The notes: generated from the sequence alone by a model not told the origin. DNA of 33,127 nucleotides from Betaproteobacteria bacterium RIFCSPLOWO2_02_FULL_65_20 (GCA_001770425.1 MEQZ01000014.1:5300-38426), one strand, 5' to 3'. Positions 18,029 through 26,563 are shown, counted from the first letter of the stretch. Made by a program: numbers and translations.

Positions 18029-18814
18029 CTAGCGGCGGCAGTCGCCCGGTGCGATCACCCGCGGGCCCGAGGCGAGGCCGACCGACACCTCGCGCGGCGA
18101 AATCACCTTGACCGGGCCCGTGACCGGCGAGCCGAGCGCGCAGCGGCCGGTCTCCACCAGGCGCCCTTTTTGGAGCGCGACCATGCGCAGCGCAAGGCGC
18201 GAGGCATCCGGCACCAGCAGCCGCATGCCGCCTGCGACTGCCACCGGCGAGGACAGCGCGAGCTCGATCGTGCCGTAGACGTGATTCGAGAAGCCCGCGA
18301 GCGCGGCTACCTCGACCAGATCGCGCCCGCGCCGGCGATAGACCTTGAGCGTGCCGCCGATGTGCGGTGTGATCACGGCGGCGATCTCGGCGCGCCCGTC
18401 GCCGTCGAGGTCGGCCACGCCCACCGGATTGAGCCAGCGATTGGCCGTGCCGATCGCGGCCGACTGCGCGCCGATCGCCAGCACGCCTCCGCGCAATCCC
18501 ACCAGTGCGAGCCTCGAACCGGCATCGCGCCGGCTCACGATCACCAGCAGCTCCGCCGCGCCGCCCGGCGCCAGGCGCACCAGCCGCGGCGCCAGATCCT
18601 CGAATACCTCGTTCTCGGGCAACTCGAGCGCAATCGTGCGCCCGCCGTCGGTGGTGGCGGTCACGCGCGCGTATTCGTGCGGGGGCCCCAGCGCGTAGTG
18701 GCCGTAGCGCGCGACCGGCGCTTCGTAACGCGCTGCGGCGATCGTCTCCGCGCCTGCCTGCGCCGCGACCAGCAACAGCGGCGCGGCAAGGGCGAGCCAC
18801 CACATCACGCGCAT
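18029..18814 (-). CDS. Secreted FG-GAP/VCBS-repeat protein
   Basis: Signal peptide; RYGHYALG, VFEDLAPRL, ADLDGDGRAEIA, TPHIGG and FSNH. Confidence 0.75.
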   Translation of the reverse strand: MRVMWWLALAAPLLLVAAQAGAETIAAARYEAPVARYGHYALGPPHEYARVTATTDGGRTIALELPENEVFEDLAPRLVRLAPGGAAELLVIVSRRDAGSRLALVGLRGGVLAIGAQSAAIGTANRWLNPVGVADLDGDGRAEIAAVITPHIGGTLKVYRRRGRDLVEVAALAGFSNHVYGTIELALSSPVAVAGGMRLLVPDASRLALRMVALQKGRLVETGRCALGSPVTGPVKVISPREVSVGLASGPRVIAPGDCRR

Positions 18815-18875
18815 GGCCCGATGATCCGACCCGCGCCGCGTGTCGGTCGTCGCAGCGCGAGTTCCACGCGCTCGC

Positions 18876-19790
18876 TCAGGCGAGATGCTTGCGGAAGAAC
18901 GCGACCGTGCGCTCCCAGGCGAGCTTGGCCGCCGCCTCGACGTAGCGCGGCGTGGAGTTGTTGTGGAAGCCGTGCTGGGTGCCGGGATACGTGTGCATCT
19001 CGTGGCGCACGCCCGCGGCCTTGAGCCCCGCCTCGAAGGCCGGCCACATCGAATTGACGCGCTCGTCTTTTTCCGCGTAATGGATCAGCAGCGCCGCCTT
19101 GATCTTGGGCACGCTCGCGGTCTCGGTCGCGGCGCCGTAGAACGGTGCGCCCGCCTGCAGGTCCGCGCCGAGTTCGGCCGCCATCCAGTTGACGATGCTG
19201 CCGCCCACGCAGAAGCCGGTCGCGCCGAGCTTGCCGCTCGAGAGTTTGTGCGCCTTGAGGAAGCGCGCGCTGTTCGCCATGTCGGTGCGCAGCTTCGCCT
19301 GGTCCAGCTTCGTCTGCATGTCGCGGCCCTCGTCGTCGTTGCCCGGATAGCCGCCCACCGGCGCTAGGCCGTCGGGCGCGAGCGCGAGGAATCCTTCGAC
19401 CGCAAAGCGGCGCGCGATATCCTCGATGTAGGGGTTCATCCCCCGGTTCTCGTGGACGGCGATCACCGCCGGCCAGGGCCCCGCGCCGGCCGGGTGCACG
19501 AGGTAGCCGCGCATGGTGCCCGAGTTCCCCCCCGGCGAGGGGTAGGTCACGTATTGCGCCTTGATGCGCGCGTCGGTGGACGCTATCGTCTGCGCGCGCG
19601 CGTAGCGCGGCAGCATCGCCTCGGCCATCGCCAGGCCCGACACGCCCGCGACCGTGATGACGCTCGAGCGCGCGAAGAACTCGCGCCGCGTGATGCGCCC
19701 GTGGCAATACTCGTCGTACAGATCGAACACACGCTGGTCTATTTCCGCCTGCGTCAGTTCGGGTTGCTGCGCCTCCTGGGTTCCGATCAT
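18876..19790 (-). CDS. Dienelactone hydrolase family protein (YghX-like)
   Basis: FDLYDEYCHG-x-ITRREF N-terminus, HENRG, GFCVGG nucleophile and HGFHN. RBS AGGAGG before ATG 19790. Confidence 0.92.
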   Translation of the reverse strand: MIGTQEAQQPELTQAEIDQRVFDLYDEYCHGRITRREFFARSSVITVAGVSGLAMAEAMLPRYARAQTIASTDARIKAQYVTYPSPGGNSGTMRGYLVHPAGAGPWPAVIAVHENRGMNPYIEDIARRFAVEGFLALAPDGLAPVGGYPGNDDEGRDMQTKLDQAKLRTDMANSARFLKAHKLSSGKLGATGFCVGGSIVNWMAAELGADLQAGAPFYGAATETASVPKIKAALLIHYAEKDERVNSMWPAFEAGLKAAGVRHEMHTYPGTQHGFHNNSTPRYVEAAAKLAWERTVAFFRKHLA

Positions 19791-19833
19791 GGTCCCTCCT
19801 CTCGTGAAAGGCGGCATTCTAGCCAGAATAAAG

Positions 19834-19856
19834 AAACGGGGACAGACCACGTTTTC
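19834..19856. repeat. Single REP-like short intergenic element
   Basis: AAACGGGGACAGACCACGTTTTC with terminal inverted AAACG/CGTTT. Resembles, from recall, a dispersed betaproteobacterial repeat. Only one copy in the window. Confidence 0.3.
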
Positions 19857-19924
19857 CAGGGCACGGGTTGGCCCGCGCGCGAAAACGGATCAAACTGGCG
19901 GGAGATCCAATCACGGGAGGTGCG

Positions 19925-20059
19925 ATGAGCCACTCAAAGACGGTGCAGACCAGGCGCAGGAAGCACAGGGCGAGGAAGATCCTCGCGGTAGAAACCAAGC
20001 GGGCGAAGAAACTGAGGAAGGCGAAGACGGCCGCCGCGGCCGCGCCGAAATCCTCCTAG
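19925..20059 (+). CDS. Small, highly basic hypothetical protein (44 aa)
   Basis: Strong SD GGGAGGT before ATG. MSHSKTVQTRRRKHRARKILAVETKRAKKLRKAKTAAAAAPKSS fills an otherwise empty gap. Confidence 0.65.
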   Translation: MSHSKTVQTRRRKHRARKILAVETKRAKKLRKAKTAAAAAPKSS

Positions 20060-20090
20060 GGAGGATACGCCGGGCGGAACAAAGCCCAGC

Positions 20091-21170
20091 CTATCGATTC
20101 CTCTTTCCGCGGATCACCGCGGCAATCGTGCCGAGCACGAAAACCACGAGCGCGACCCCGTTCAGCATCCCGCCCCAGCCGCGCCACTCGGGCGAAAGCA
20201 TCCAATCGCCCGCAAGCCGGACGAACAGCGAGGCATGCAGCAGTGCGAGCGGCGCATAGAAGTAAGGGTGGTACGGCACGGCGACGCGCAGTACCGCGGG
20301 GAAAATGATGGGCGCGTGGCCGAATACCATCGAGAACACGAAACCGAGCAGCACCGCGTGCAGCGCCGCATCGTACGCCGCACCGCCAACGTCGAGCCCG
20401 CCCGAGGCGAGGATCGACATTGCGCCCACCGCGAGCCAGACATAGCCCGAGAGCAGGCACACGGCGATGAAGCGCACCAGGCCGTTCGCCTTCACCGTGC
20501 GCCTCGCAACGTCCTGGCGCATCAGCCACAACGCGAGGCCCGCGAGTCCGAACCCGAGCACCCGCGTTCCGGCGGACCAGTCGAAGAGCGACACCGTGAC
20601 TCCAAGGAGCAGCCCGGCGAGCAGCAAGGCAAAGACCTTCTTCGCCGTCGGCGAGGGCGGCAGCAAGCGCGACAACTCCAGGCGCTCGCCGGCGATGGTC
20701 AGCACGAGGAACGCGATCCACCACGGCACCAACTCATACACCGGGTGTCCGCCCAGCCACAGCAGGTTGCCGACGGTCCAGCAGGCCGCGCCGAGCGCGA
20801 GCGTAAGCGTGAACAACTCGCGTTGGCGCAGGGCGATGACCCAGGACGCGGCGAGCATCAGCGCGCTCCCCGCGGTACAAAGCAAAGGCGCCACGGCCGG
20901 CGGAGCCGCGAACATCGCGGCCAGCGCACCCAGGCCCGATGTGAGCGGTGCGAGGTACGCCCAGCGCCGGCCCAATGCGACCGCGCGCTCCAGGCTGATC
21001 ACGGTGCCGAAAAAACCCGACACCATGAGCGGCCCGTGCATGGCGGCAAGCCCTGCGCCGGGCGACGACCAGCCGAGCCGCGCGAGGCCCGCATCGATGC
21101 CGACGAACAACGACGCGAAAGCGAGCAGCAGCAGTGGCACCCGCAAGGGTGGTCCGATGTCGCCGGACAT
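20091..21170 (-). CDS. NnrS-like integral membrane protein
   Basis: Many TM segments; HGPLMVSGFFGTVISLERAVA, TIAGERLEL and YDAALHAVLLGFVFSMVFGHAP. Confidence 0.7.
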   Translation of the reverse strand: MSGDIGPPLRVPLLLLAFASLFVGIDAGLARLGWSSPGAGLAAMHGPLMVSGFFGTVISLERAVALGRRWAYLAPLTSGLGALAAMFAAPPAVAPLLCTAGSALMLAASWVIALRQRELFTLTLALGAACWTVGNLLWLGGHPVYELVPWWIAFLVLTIAGERLELSRLLPPSPTAKKVFALLLAGLLLGVTVSLFDWSAGTRVLGFGLAGLALWLMRQDVARRTVKANGLVRFIAVCLLSGYVWLAVGAMSILASGGLDVGGAAYDAALHAVLLGFVFSMVFGHAPIIFPAVLRVAVPYHPYFYAPLALLHASLFVRLAGDWMLSPEWRGWGGMLNGVALVVFVLGTIAAVIRGKRNR

Positions 21171-21181
21171 TCCCGCCGGTC

Positions 21182-21514
21182 TCAAGTGGGCCAGCCGAAG
21201 GTCTGCTTTGCGGACTCCGACATCCGGTCGGGCGTCCAAAACGGCTCCCAGACGAGTTCGATTTCGACGCCCACGCCATCCGGCGCCAGCGCGGCGACCG
21301 CCCTGCGCGCGTTGTCGGTGATCAAATCACCCATCGGGCAGGCCTGGGAGGTCATGGTCATTTCGACACGGATGCGTTCCGGTCCGACGTCGATGCCGTA
21401 GACCAGTCCCAGATCGACGATGTTGATGCCGACCTCCGGATCGTCCACAGAACGCAGTGCCTCGCACACCCGTTCCTCGGAAGGCATGATCTGCGCCACG
21501 TCGAGGTCTCCCAT
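21182..21514 (-). CDS. DUF59 (SufT/PaaD-like) metal-sulfur cluster assembly factor
   Basis: DPEVGINIVDLGLVY, MTMTSQACPM and LVWEPFWTPDRMS. Start uncertain (21514 or 21487). Confidence 0.88.
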   Translation of the reverse strand: MGDLDVAQIMPSEERVCEALRSVDDPEVGINIVDLGLVYGIDVGPERIRVEMTMTSQACPMGDLITDNARRAVAALAPDGVGVEIELVWEPFWTPDRMSESAKQTFGWPT

Positions 21515-21543
21515 GCTTCGTTCAAGAGGCGCTAACGATAGCA

Positions 21544-21633
21544 CGCGGGCTGCGCCTGTCCGAGGAGCATCCGCTGCTCGGCTTCAAGCTGGTGCTTCGC
21601 ATCGCCAAGCTGATAAGCCGGCGCCTGCGCTAA
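21544..21633 (+). pseudogene. Probable remnant of a cNMP-binding (Crp-type) domain C-terminal helix
   Basis: Manual translation RGLRLSEEHPLLGFKLVLRIAKLISRRLR*. No upstream start or RBS. Bracketed by GCGCTAACG direct repeats. Confidence 0.5.
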
Positions 21634-21654
21634 CGGCGGCATGGCAACGCCGCC

Positions 21655-22356
21655 CTACTCTCCGAGATAGGCTTCGCGCACGCGTTGGTCGGTTAGCAGC
21701 GCCCCGGCGTCCCCTGCAAGGGTGATGCAGCCGCTCTCCATCACGTAGGCGCGCCCTGCCAGCTCGAGCGCGAGTTTCGCATTCTGTTCCACCAGCAGGA
21801 TGGTCACGCCCCCGCGCGCGATCGCCTGAATAGTTTCGAACACCTTCTGCACCATGAGCGGCGCGAGTCCCATGCTCGGCTCATCCAGGAGCAACAGCTT
21901 GGGCCGGCTCATCAGCGAGCGGCCGATGGCGAGCATCTGCTGCTCGCCGCCGGAAAGCGTGCCGCCGGTCTGATTGCGCCTCTCGTGCAGCCTCGGCATG
22001 AGGGCAAAAACCTTTTCCAGGTCCTGTCCGACCTCGCCGTCGCTGCGGTGGTAAGCCCCCATCTCGAGGTTCTCGCGCACCGTGAGACGCCCGAACACGC
22101 CGCGCCCCTCCGGCACCAGTGCAAGACCCCGGCGCACCAGCTCGAAAGACGCCAGTCCGGCGGTGCTGTCGCCGCCCAGCCTGATGTCCCCTCGGGAGCG
22201 GGGCACCAACGCCGCGATCGCCTTCAGGGTCGTCGTCTTGCCGGCGCCGTTGGCCCCGATCAGGCACACCAATTCCCCCTTGGACACCTGGAGATCGATG
22301 CCCTTCACGGCTGCAATACCGCCGTAGTGAACCTCGAGGCCGCGAACCTCAAGCAT
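21655..22356 (-). CDS. livF: Branched-chain amino acid ABC transporter ATP-binding protein
   Basis: GANGAGKTT, VPEGR, LSGGEQQMLA, LLDEPSMGLAP and LLVEQN. Confidence 0.95.
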   Translation of the reverse strand: MLEVRGLEVHYGGIAAVKGIDLQVSKGELVCLIGANGAGKTTTLKAIAALVPRSRGDIRLGGDSTAGLASFELVRRGLALVPEGRGVFGRLTVRENLEMGAYHRSDGEVGQDLEKVFALMPRLHERRNQTGGTLSGGEQQMLAIGRSLMSRPKLLLLDEPSMGLAPLMVQKVFETIQAIARGGVTILLVEQNAKLALELAGRAYVMESGCITLAGDAGALLTDQRVREAYLGE

Positions 22357-23119
22357 GCAGCGCGCCTCCCAGGTAGGCCTCGATCACCGTCGGATCCCGC
22401 TGCACCCGGGCGGGCGGCCCCTCGGCAATCTTCCTGCCGTAGTCGAGCACGGCGACCCGGTCGCACAGGCCCATCACCAGCTTTACGTCGTGCTCGATCA
22501 GGAGAACGGTGACGCCATCGGCGCGGATCGCTTCGAGCAACCCGCGCAAGCTCGCGGTCTCGGTCGCGTTCATGCCGGCCGCTGGCTCGTCCAGCGCGAG
22601 CAGCCTGGGCTCGGTGGCGAGCGCACGCGCGATCTCCAGCCGGCGTTGATCGCCATAGGAGAGGTTCCTGGCTGACTCGTCCCTGCGCCCCGCAAGCCCC
22701 ACGTATTCGAGCAATTCGAGCGAGCGAGCGTGAATCGCGCGCTCCTCTGCGCGCGAGCCCGAATCGCGCAGCACCGCGCCGATCACACCGGTTCGCGTGC
22801 GCACATGGCGCCCGACCATGACGTTTTCAACGGCGCTCATGTTGGCGAACAGGCGGATATTCTGGAACGTGCGCGCGATGCCCGCTGCCGCCACGCGGTG
22901 CGGTTCGCCTACGGGCAGCGGTGCCCCGTCGAACAGAAATTCGCCCTCATCGGGCCGGTACAGCCCCGTGAGCACATTGAAGAGCGTGGTCTTGCCGGCG
23001 CCATTGGGGCCGATCAGGCCGTAGATCTCGCCGCGCTCGATCCCCAGCGATACCTGCATGAGCGCGTCCAGCCCGCCGAAGCGCTTGCCTACGCTACGCG
23101 CCTCCAGCAGTGCGCTCAT
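22349..23119 (-). CDS. livG: Branched-chain amino acid ABC transporter ATP-binding protein
   Basis: GPNGAGKTT, RTFQNIRLF, LSYGDQRRLEIARALA, LDEPAAG and IEHD. Confidence 0.95.
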   Translation of the reverse strand: MSALLEARSVGKRFGGLDALMQVSLGIERGEIYGLIGPNGAGKTTLFNVLTGLYRPDEGEFLFDGAPLPVGEPHRVAAAGIARTFQNIRLFANMSAVENVMVGRHVRTRTGVIGAVLRDSGSRAEERAIHARSLELLEYVGLAGRRDESARNLSYGDQRRLEIARALATEPRLLALDEPAAGMNATETASLRGLLEAIRADGVTVLLIEHDVKLVMGLCDRVAVLDYGRKIAEGPPARVQRDPTVIEAYLGGALHA

Positions 23120-23138
23120 CGCGCGGCCCCGATCAGAC

Positions 23139-23247
23139 TCACGCCGCAAGCTCCCGCTTGACCGATTTCACGACGCAAGCTCCCGCTTGACCGATTTCAC
23201 GCCGCAAGCTCCCGCTTGACCGATTTCACGACGCAAGCTCGCGCTTG
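23139..23247. repeat. 29-bp tandem repeat, 3 full copies plus 1 partial
   Basis: Unit TCACG(C/A)CGCAAGCTCCCGCTTGACCGATT starts at 23139, 23168 and 23197; the partial copy at 23226 is the 3' end of livM. No spacers. Confidence 0.95.
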
Positions 23248-24320
23248 CGTGTGGTCGACGGCCAGATGCCGGCGGGCCGGAACAGCATCACCAGCACCAG
23301 CGCGAGGCCGAACAGCAGCATGCGCACAACCTCCGGATCGAACACGATCTTTCCGAACAGCTGCTGCTGCACCGGCACGATGGTGTTGCGGAACACTTCC
23401 GGCATCGCCGCGAGCAGCACCGCGCCCAGAATCACACCGGGGATGTGCCCCATGCCGCCCAGGACCACCATGCACAGCACGACCACCGATTCCATCAGGA
23501 TGAAGCTCTCCGGGCTGACGAAACCCTGAAACCCGGCGAACAGGCCTCCCGCGATGCCGCCGAAGCTCGCTCCCATCGCGAAAGCGAGCAGCTTGATGTT
23601 GCGGGTGTTGATGCCCATCGCCCTGGCCGCGACCTCGTCCTCCCGGATCGCCACCCACGCCCTGCCGATGCGCGAATTTTCCAGCCGCAGACTGACGAAA
23701 ATCACCAGCAGCGCGAGCGCGAGAAAGAGATAGTAATAAAGGTGCACCGACGGAACGTCGATGCCGAGGACCTCGACAGGCCTGGCCAGCGAAAAATTGC
23801 TGAATGAAATCGGATCGATCCTGTTCACGCCCTGCGGGCCGTTGGTGATGTTCACCGGCGCGTTGAGATTGTTGAGAAAGATCCGGATGATCTCCCCGAA
23901 GCCCAGTGTGACGATGGCGAGGTAGTCGCCGCGCAGCTTGAGCGTCGGCGCACCGAGCAGCACCCCGAAGACACCGGCCACACCGGCCCCCATCGGCAAC
24001 ACCAGCCACACCGGCAGGTGAATTCCGAAATGCGGTGAGGCGAGCAGCGCGTAGGTGTAGGCACCGACGGCGTAGAAGGCGATGTAGCCCAGATCGAGCA
24101 GGCCCGCGAACCCGACCACGATGTTCAGGCCGAGCGCGAGCATCACGTACAGCAGCGCGAAATCGATGATGCGCACCCAGCCGCGGCCGCCCACGGCGCC
24201 GGCCACGAACGGCAGCACTGCGAGCGCGACCGCGATGAGCGCCACCCCCAGCCACCTGGCGCGCGGATCCCGCTTCGCGGTCTCCACCCAGTCGCCCAGA
24301 TCCTTCGCGGCCCAGCTCAC
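23226..24320 (-). CDS. livM: Branched-chain amino acid ABC transporter permease
   Basis: GLNIVVGFAGLLDLGY, LKLRGDYLAIVTLGFGEI, AIREDE and VVLGGMG. Confidence 0.95.
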   Translation of the reverse strand: MSWAAKDLGDWVETAKRDPRARWLGVALIAVALAVLPFVAGAVGGRGWVRIIDFALLYVMLALGLNIVVGFAGLLDLGYIAFYAVGAYTYALLASPHFGIHLPVWLVLPMGAGVAGVFGVLLGAPTLKLRGDYLAIVTLGFGEIIRIFLNNLNAPVNITNGPQGVNRIDPISFSNFSLARPVEVLGIDVPSVHLYYYLFLALALLVIFVSLRLENSRIGRAWVAIREDEVAARAMGINTRNIKLLAFAMGASFGGIAGGLFAGFQGFVSPESFILMESVVVLCMVVLGGMGHIPGVILGAVLLAAMPEVFRNTIVPVQQQLFGKIVFDPEVVRMLLFGLALVLVMLFRPAGIWPSTTRKRELAS

Positions 24321-25261
24321 GCCCGCTCCGCCACCCGCTCGCCCATCAGGCCCGAGGGCCGGAATACGAGCACCATGATCAACACGAAGAACGCAAACAC
24401 GTCCTGGTAGTTGCTGCCCATGAACCCGCCGGTGAGATCGCCGATGTAGCCCGCCCCTAGGCTTTCGATGAGTCCGAGCAGCAATCCGCCCGCCACCGCG
24501 CCGCCGAGGTTGCCGATGCCGCCGAGTACCGCCGCGGTGAAAGCCTTCAGCCCCAGCACAAACCCCATGTAGTAATGCGCGATCGAGTAGTTGGCGGCCA
24601 CCATGACCCCCGCCACCGCGGCCAGTGCGGACCCGATGACGAACGTGATCGAAATGATGGCATTGATGTTGACGCCCATCAGCCCGGCTACCGACTGGTT
24701 CTCGGCGGTGGCGCGCATCGCGCGCCCGAGCTTGGTGCGGTGTACCAGAAACATCAGCCCCGCCATGATCGCCATCGCGACGACGATGATCACCACCTGC
24801 ACCGGCGTCATGGTCGCGCCGAACACCTGGAACGGCTCGGTCGACACGTAGGCCGGAAAGCTATGGTAACTGCGTCCCCACACGACCATGGCGATGTTCT
24901 GCAGCAGGATGGACACGCCGATCGCCGTGATGAGCGGCGCCAGGCGCGGCGCAAAGCGCAGCGGCCGGTAGGCCACTCGCTCGATCGTATAGCCCAGCGC
25001 CATGCACACGGGAATCGCCGCGAGCGTAGACAGCAGCAGCACGATCGGCCCTGGAAGCCCCGGCAGCACGCTCTGCAGCAGGCGCGCTGCGCTGAGCGTG
25101 CTCAGCGCGCCGATCATGACCACCTCGCCGTGGGCGAAATTGATGAGGCCCAGCACGCCGTAGACCATGGTGTAGCCGAGCGCCACCAATGCGTAAACGC
25201 TGCCGAGCACCAGCCCGTTGAGGATCTGCTGAAGCAGGATTTCGAAGTCCACGGCGCTCAT
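24317..25261 (-). CDS. livH: Branched-chain amino acid ABC transporter permease
   Basis: ALGYTMVYG, INFAHGE, GRAMRA, KAFTAAVLGGIG and RPSGLMG. Confidence 0.95.
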   Translation of the reverse strand: MSAVDFEILLQQILNGLVLGSVYALVALGYTMVYGVLGLINFAHGEVVMIGALSTLSAARLLQSVLPGLPGPIVLLLSTLAAIPVCMALGYTIERVAYRPLRFAPRLAPLITAIGVSILLQNIAMVVWGRSYHSFPAYVSTEPFQVFGATMTPVQVVIIVVAMAIMAGLMFLVHRTKLGRAMRATAENQSVAGLMGVNINAIISITFVIGSALAAVAGVMVAANYSIAHYYMGFVLGLKAFTAAVLGGIGNLGGAVAGGLLLGLIESLGAGYIGDLTGGFMGSNYQDVFAFFVLIMVLVFRPSGLMGERVAERA

Positions 25262-25274
25262 TGAACCACAAATG

Positions 25275-25304
25275 AAAAACGGCACCCGAAGTATTGGGTG
25301 CCGT
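25275..25304 (-). terminator. Intrinsic terminator/attenuator hairpin between livK and livH
   Basis: 9-bp stem ACGGCACCC/GGGTGCCGT ending in a T run on the minus strand. Confidence 0.7.
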
Positions 25305-25321
25305 CGCGCAGCGTGTCGCAG

Positions 25322-26563
25322 CTATTTCTTCGCGGCGTCGGCCTTGGGCGCTTCGGCCTTGGGCGCTTCGGCGGCCGCGGGCGCCGCGCCACCGACCACC
25401 TCCAGCACATTCAGCTTGCCTTCCCTGGTCTCGTACATGGTGATGGCGCCGTTCTTGACGTCGCCCTTGTCGTCGAATTCGATCCTGCCGGTAACCCCCA
25501 GATACGACGTCTTGGGCAGTTCGGTGATGTAGACGGCCGGATCGGCCGACTTGGCGCGCTTCATCGCGTCGACGATCACGGCGACCGCGTCGTAACTGTA
25601 GGGCGAGTAGATCTGTACCTCGCTGTTGAAGCGCTTCTTGTAGCGTTCCGAAAAGGTCTTGTCAGTCATCCGCTCGAGCGGAAGACCGGCCTGAGTGCAG
25701 TAGAAACCTTCAGCCGCATCGCCGGCAAGCTTGATGAACTCCGGCGTGCAGGCGCCGTCGCCGGACATGAACTTGGCCTTGAGCCCGAGTTGCTTCATCT
25801 GCTTGGCCATAGGACCGGCTTGCGCGTCCATGCCGCCGTAGAACACGGCATCGGGCCGCCTGCCCTTGATCTTGGTCAAGATGGCTCTGAAGTCGGTTGC
25901 GTCGTTCTTGGTGAACTCTCTCGCGACTATCTTGACGCCGCCCGCCTTCGCGGCCTTTTCGACTTCGTCGGCCAGTCCCTGCCCGTAGGCGGTGCGATCG
26001 TCGATGATCGCGACGGTCTTGGCGCCGAGTTTGTGCACCGCGAACTCACCCACCACCTTGCCCTGCTGGATGTCGTTCGCCATCACCCGCATCGCGGTCT
26101 TGAAACCCTGCTGCGTATAAGTCGGATTGGTGGCTGAAGGCGAGATCTGGGGAATGCCGGCGTCGGCGTAGATTTTCGAGGCCGGGATGGTGGTTCCGGA
26201 ATTCAGGTGCCCGACGACGCCATTCACCTTTGCATCGACCAGTTTTTGCGCCACCACCGTGCCGGTCTTCGGATCGGCCTGGTCGTCTTCGCCGATGAGT
26301 TCGATCTTGAGCTTCTTGCCTTCGATCATGACGCCCTTGGCGTTGAGTTCCTCCACGGCGAGCCGCGCGCCGTTCTCGTTGTCCTTGCCCAGGTGGGCGA
26401 TGTTGCCGGTCAGCGGCGCGACATGGCCGATCTTGATCGCCAGTTCGGGCGGCGGCGCGGCTTTTTGCGGCGCCGGGGGCGGTGGTGCTTCCTTGCCGCA
26501 GCCTGAAAGCCCGAATGCAGCCAGCGCAGCGAGCGTGCACGAAACGACGTGTGAGCGGTTCAT
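25322..26563 (-). CDS. livK: Branched-chain amino acid ABC transporter substrate-binding lipoprotein (LivK/LivJ)
   Basis: Lipobox LSGC, APLTG, DDQADP, GHLNSG, QISPSAT and DRTAYGQG. RBS GGAGGGAG. Confidence 0.92.
   Translation of the reverse strand: MNRSHVVSCTLAALAAFGLSGCGKEAPPPPAPQKAAPPPELAIKIGHVAPLTGNIAHLGKDNENGARLAVEELNAKGVMIEGKKLKIELIGEDDQADPKTGTVVAQKLVDAKVNGVVGHLNSGTTIPASKIYADAGIPQISPSATNPTYTQQGFKTAMRVMANDIQQGKVVGEFAVHKLGAKTVAIIDDRTAYGQGLADEVEKAAKAGGVKIVAREFTKNDATDFRAILTKIKGRRPDAVFYGGMDAQAGPMAKQMKQLGLKAKFMSGDGACTPEFIKLAGDAAEGFYCTQAGLPLERMTDKTFSERYKKRFNSEVQIYSPYSYDAVAVIVDAMKRAKSADPAVYITELPKTSYLGVTGRIEFDDKGDVKNGAITMYETREGKLNVLEVVGGAAPAAAEAPKAEAPKADAAKK

Noticed and set aside
13453-18111. 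1552-aa plus-strand ORF
   Set aside because: It is a codon-aligned antisense shadow of the MFS, Mo-subunit and MBL genes, which happen to share one register. TTA/CTA/TCA codons are rare at this GC content, and the product has no recognisable motifs.
23139-23247. Possible CRISPR array (29-bp palindromic repeats)
   Set aside because: Units are directly adjacent with no spacers, derive from the livM 3' end, and no cas genes are present.
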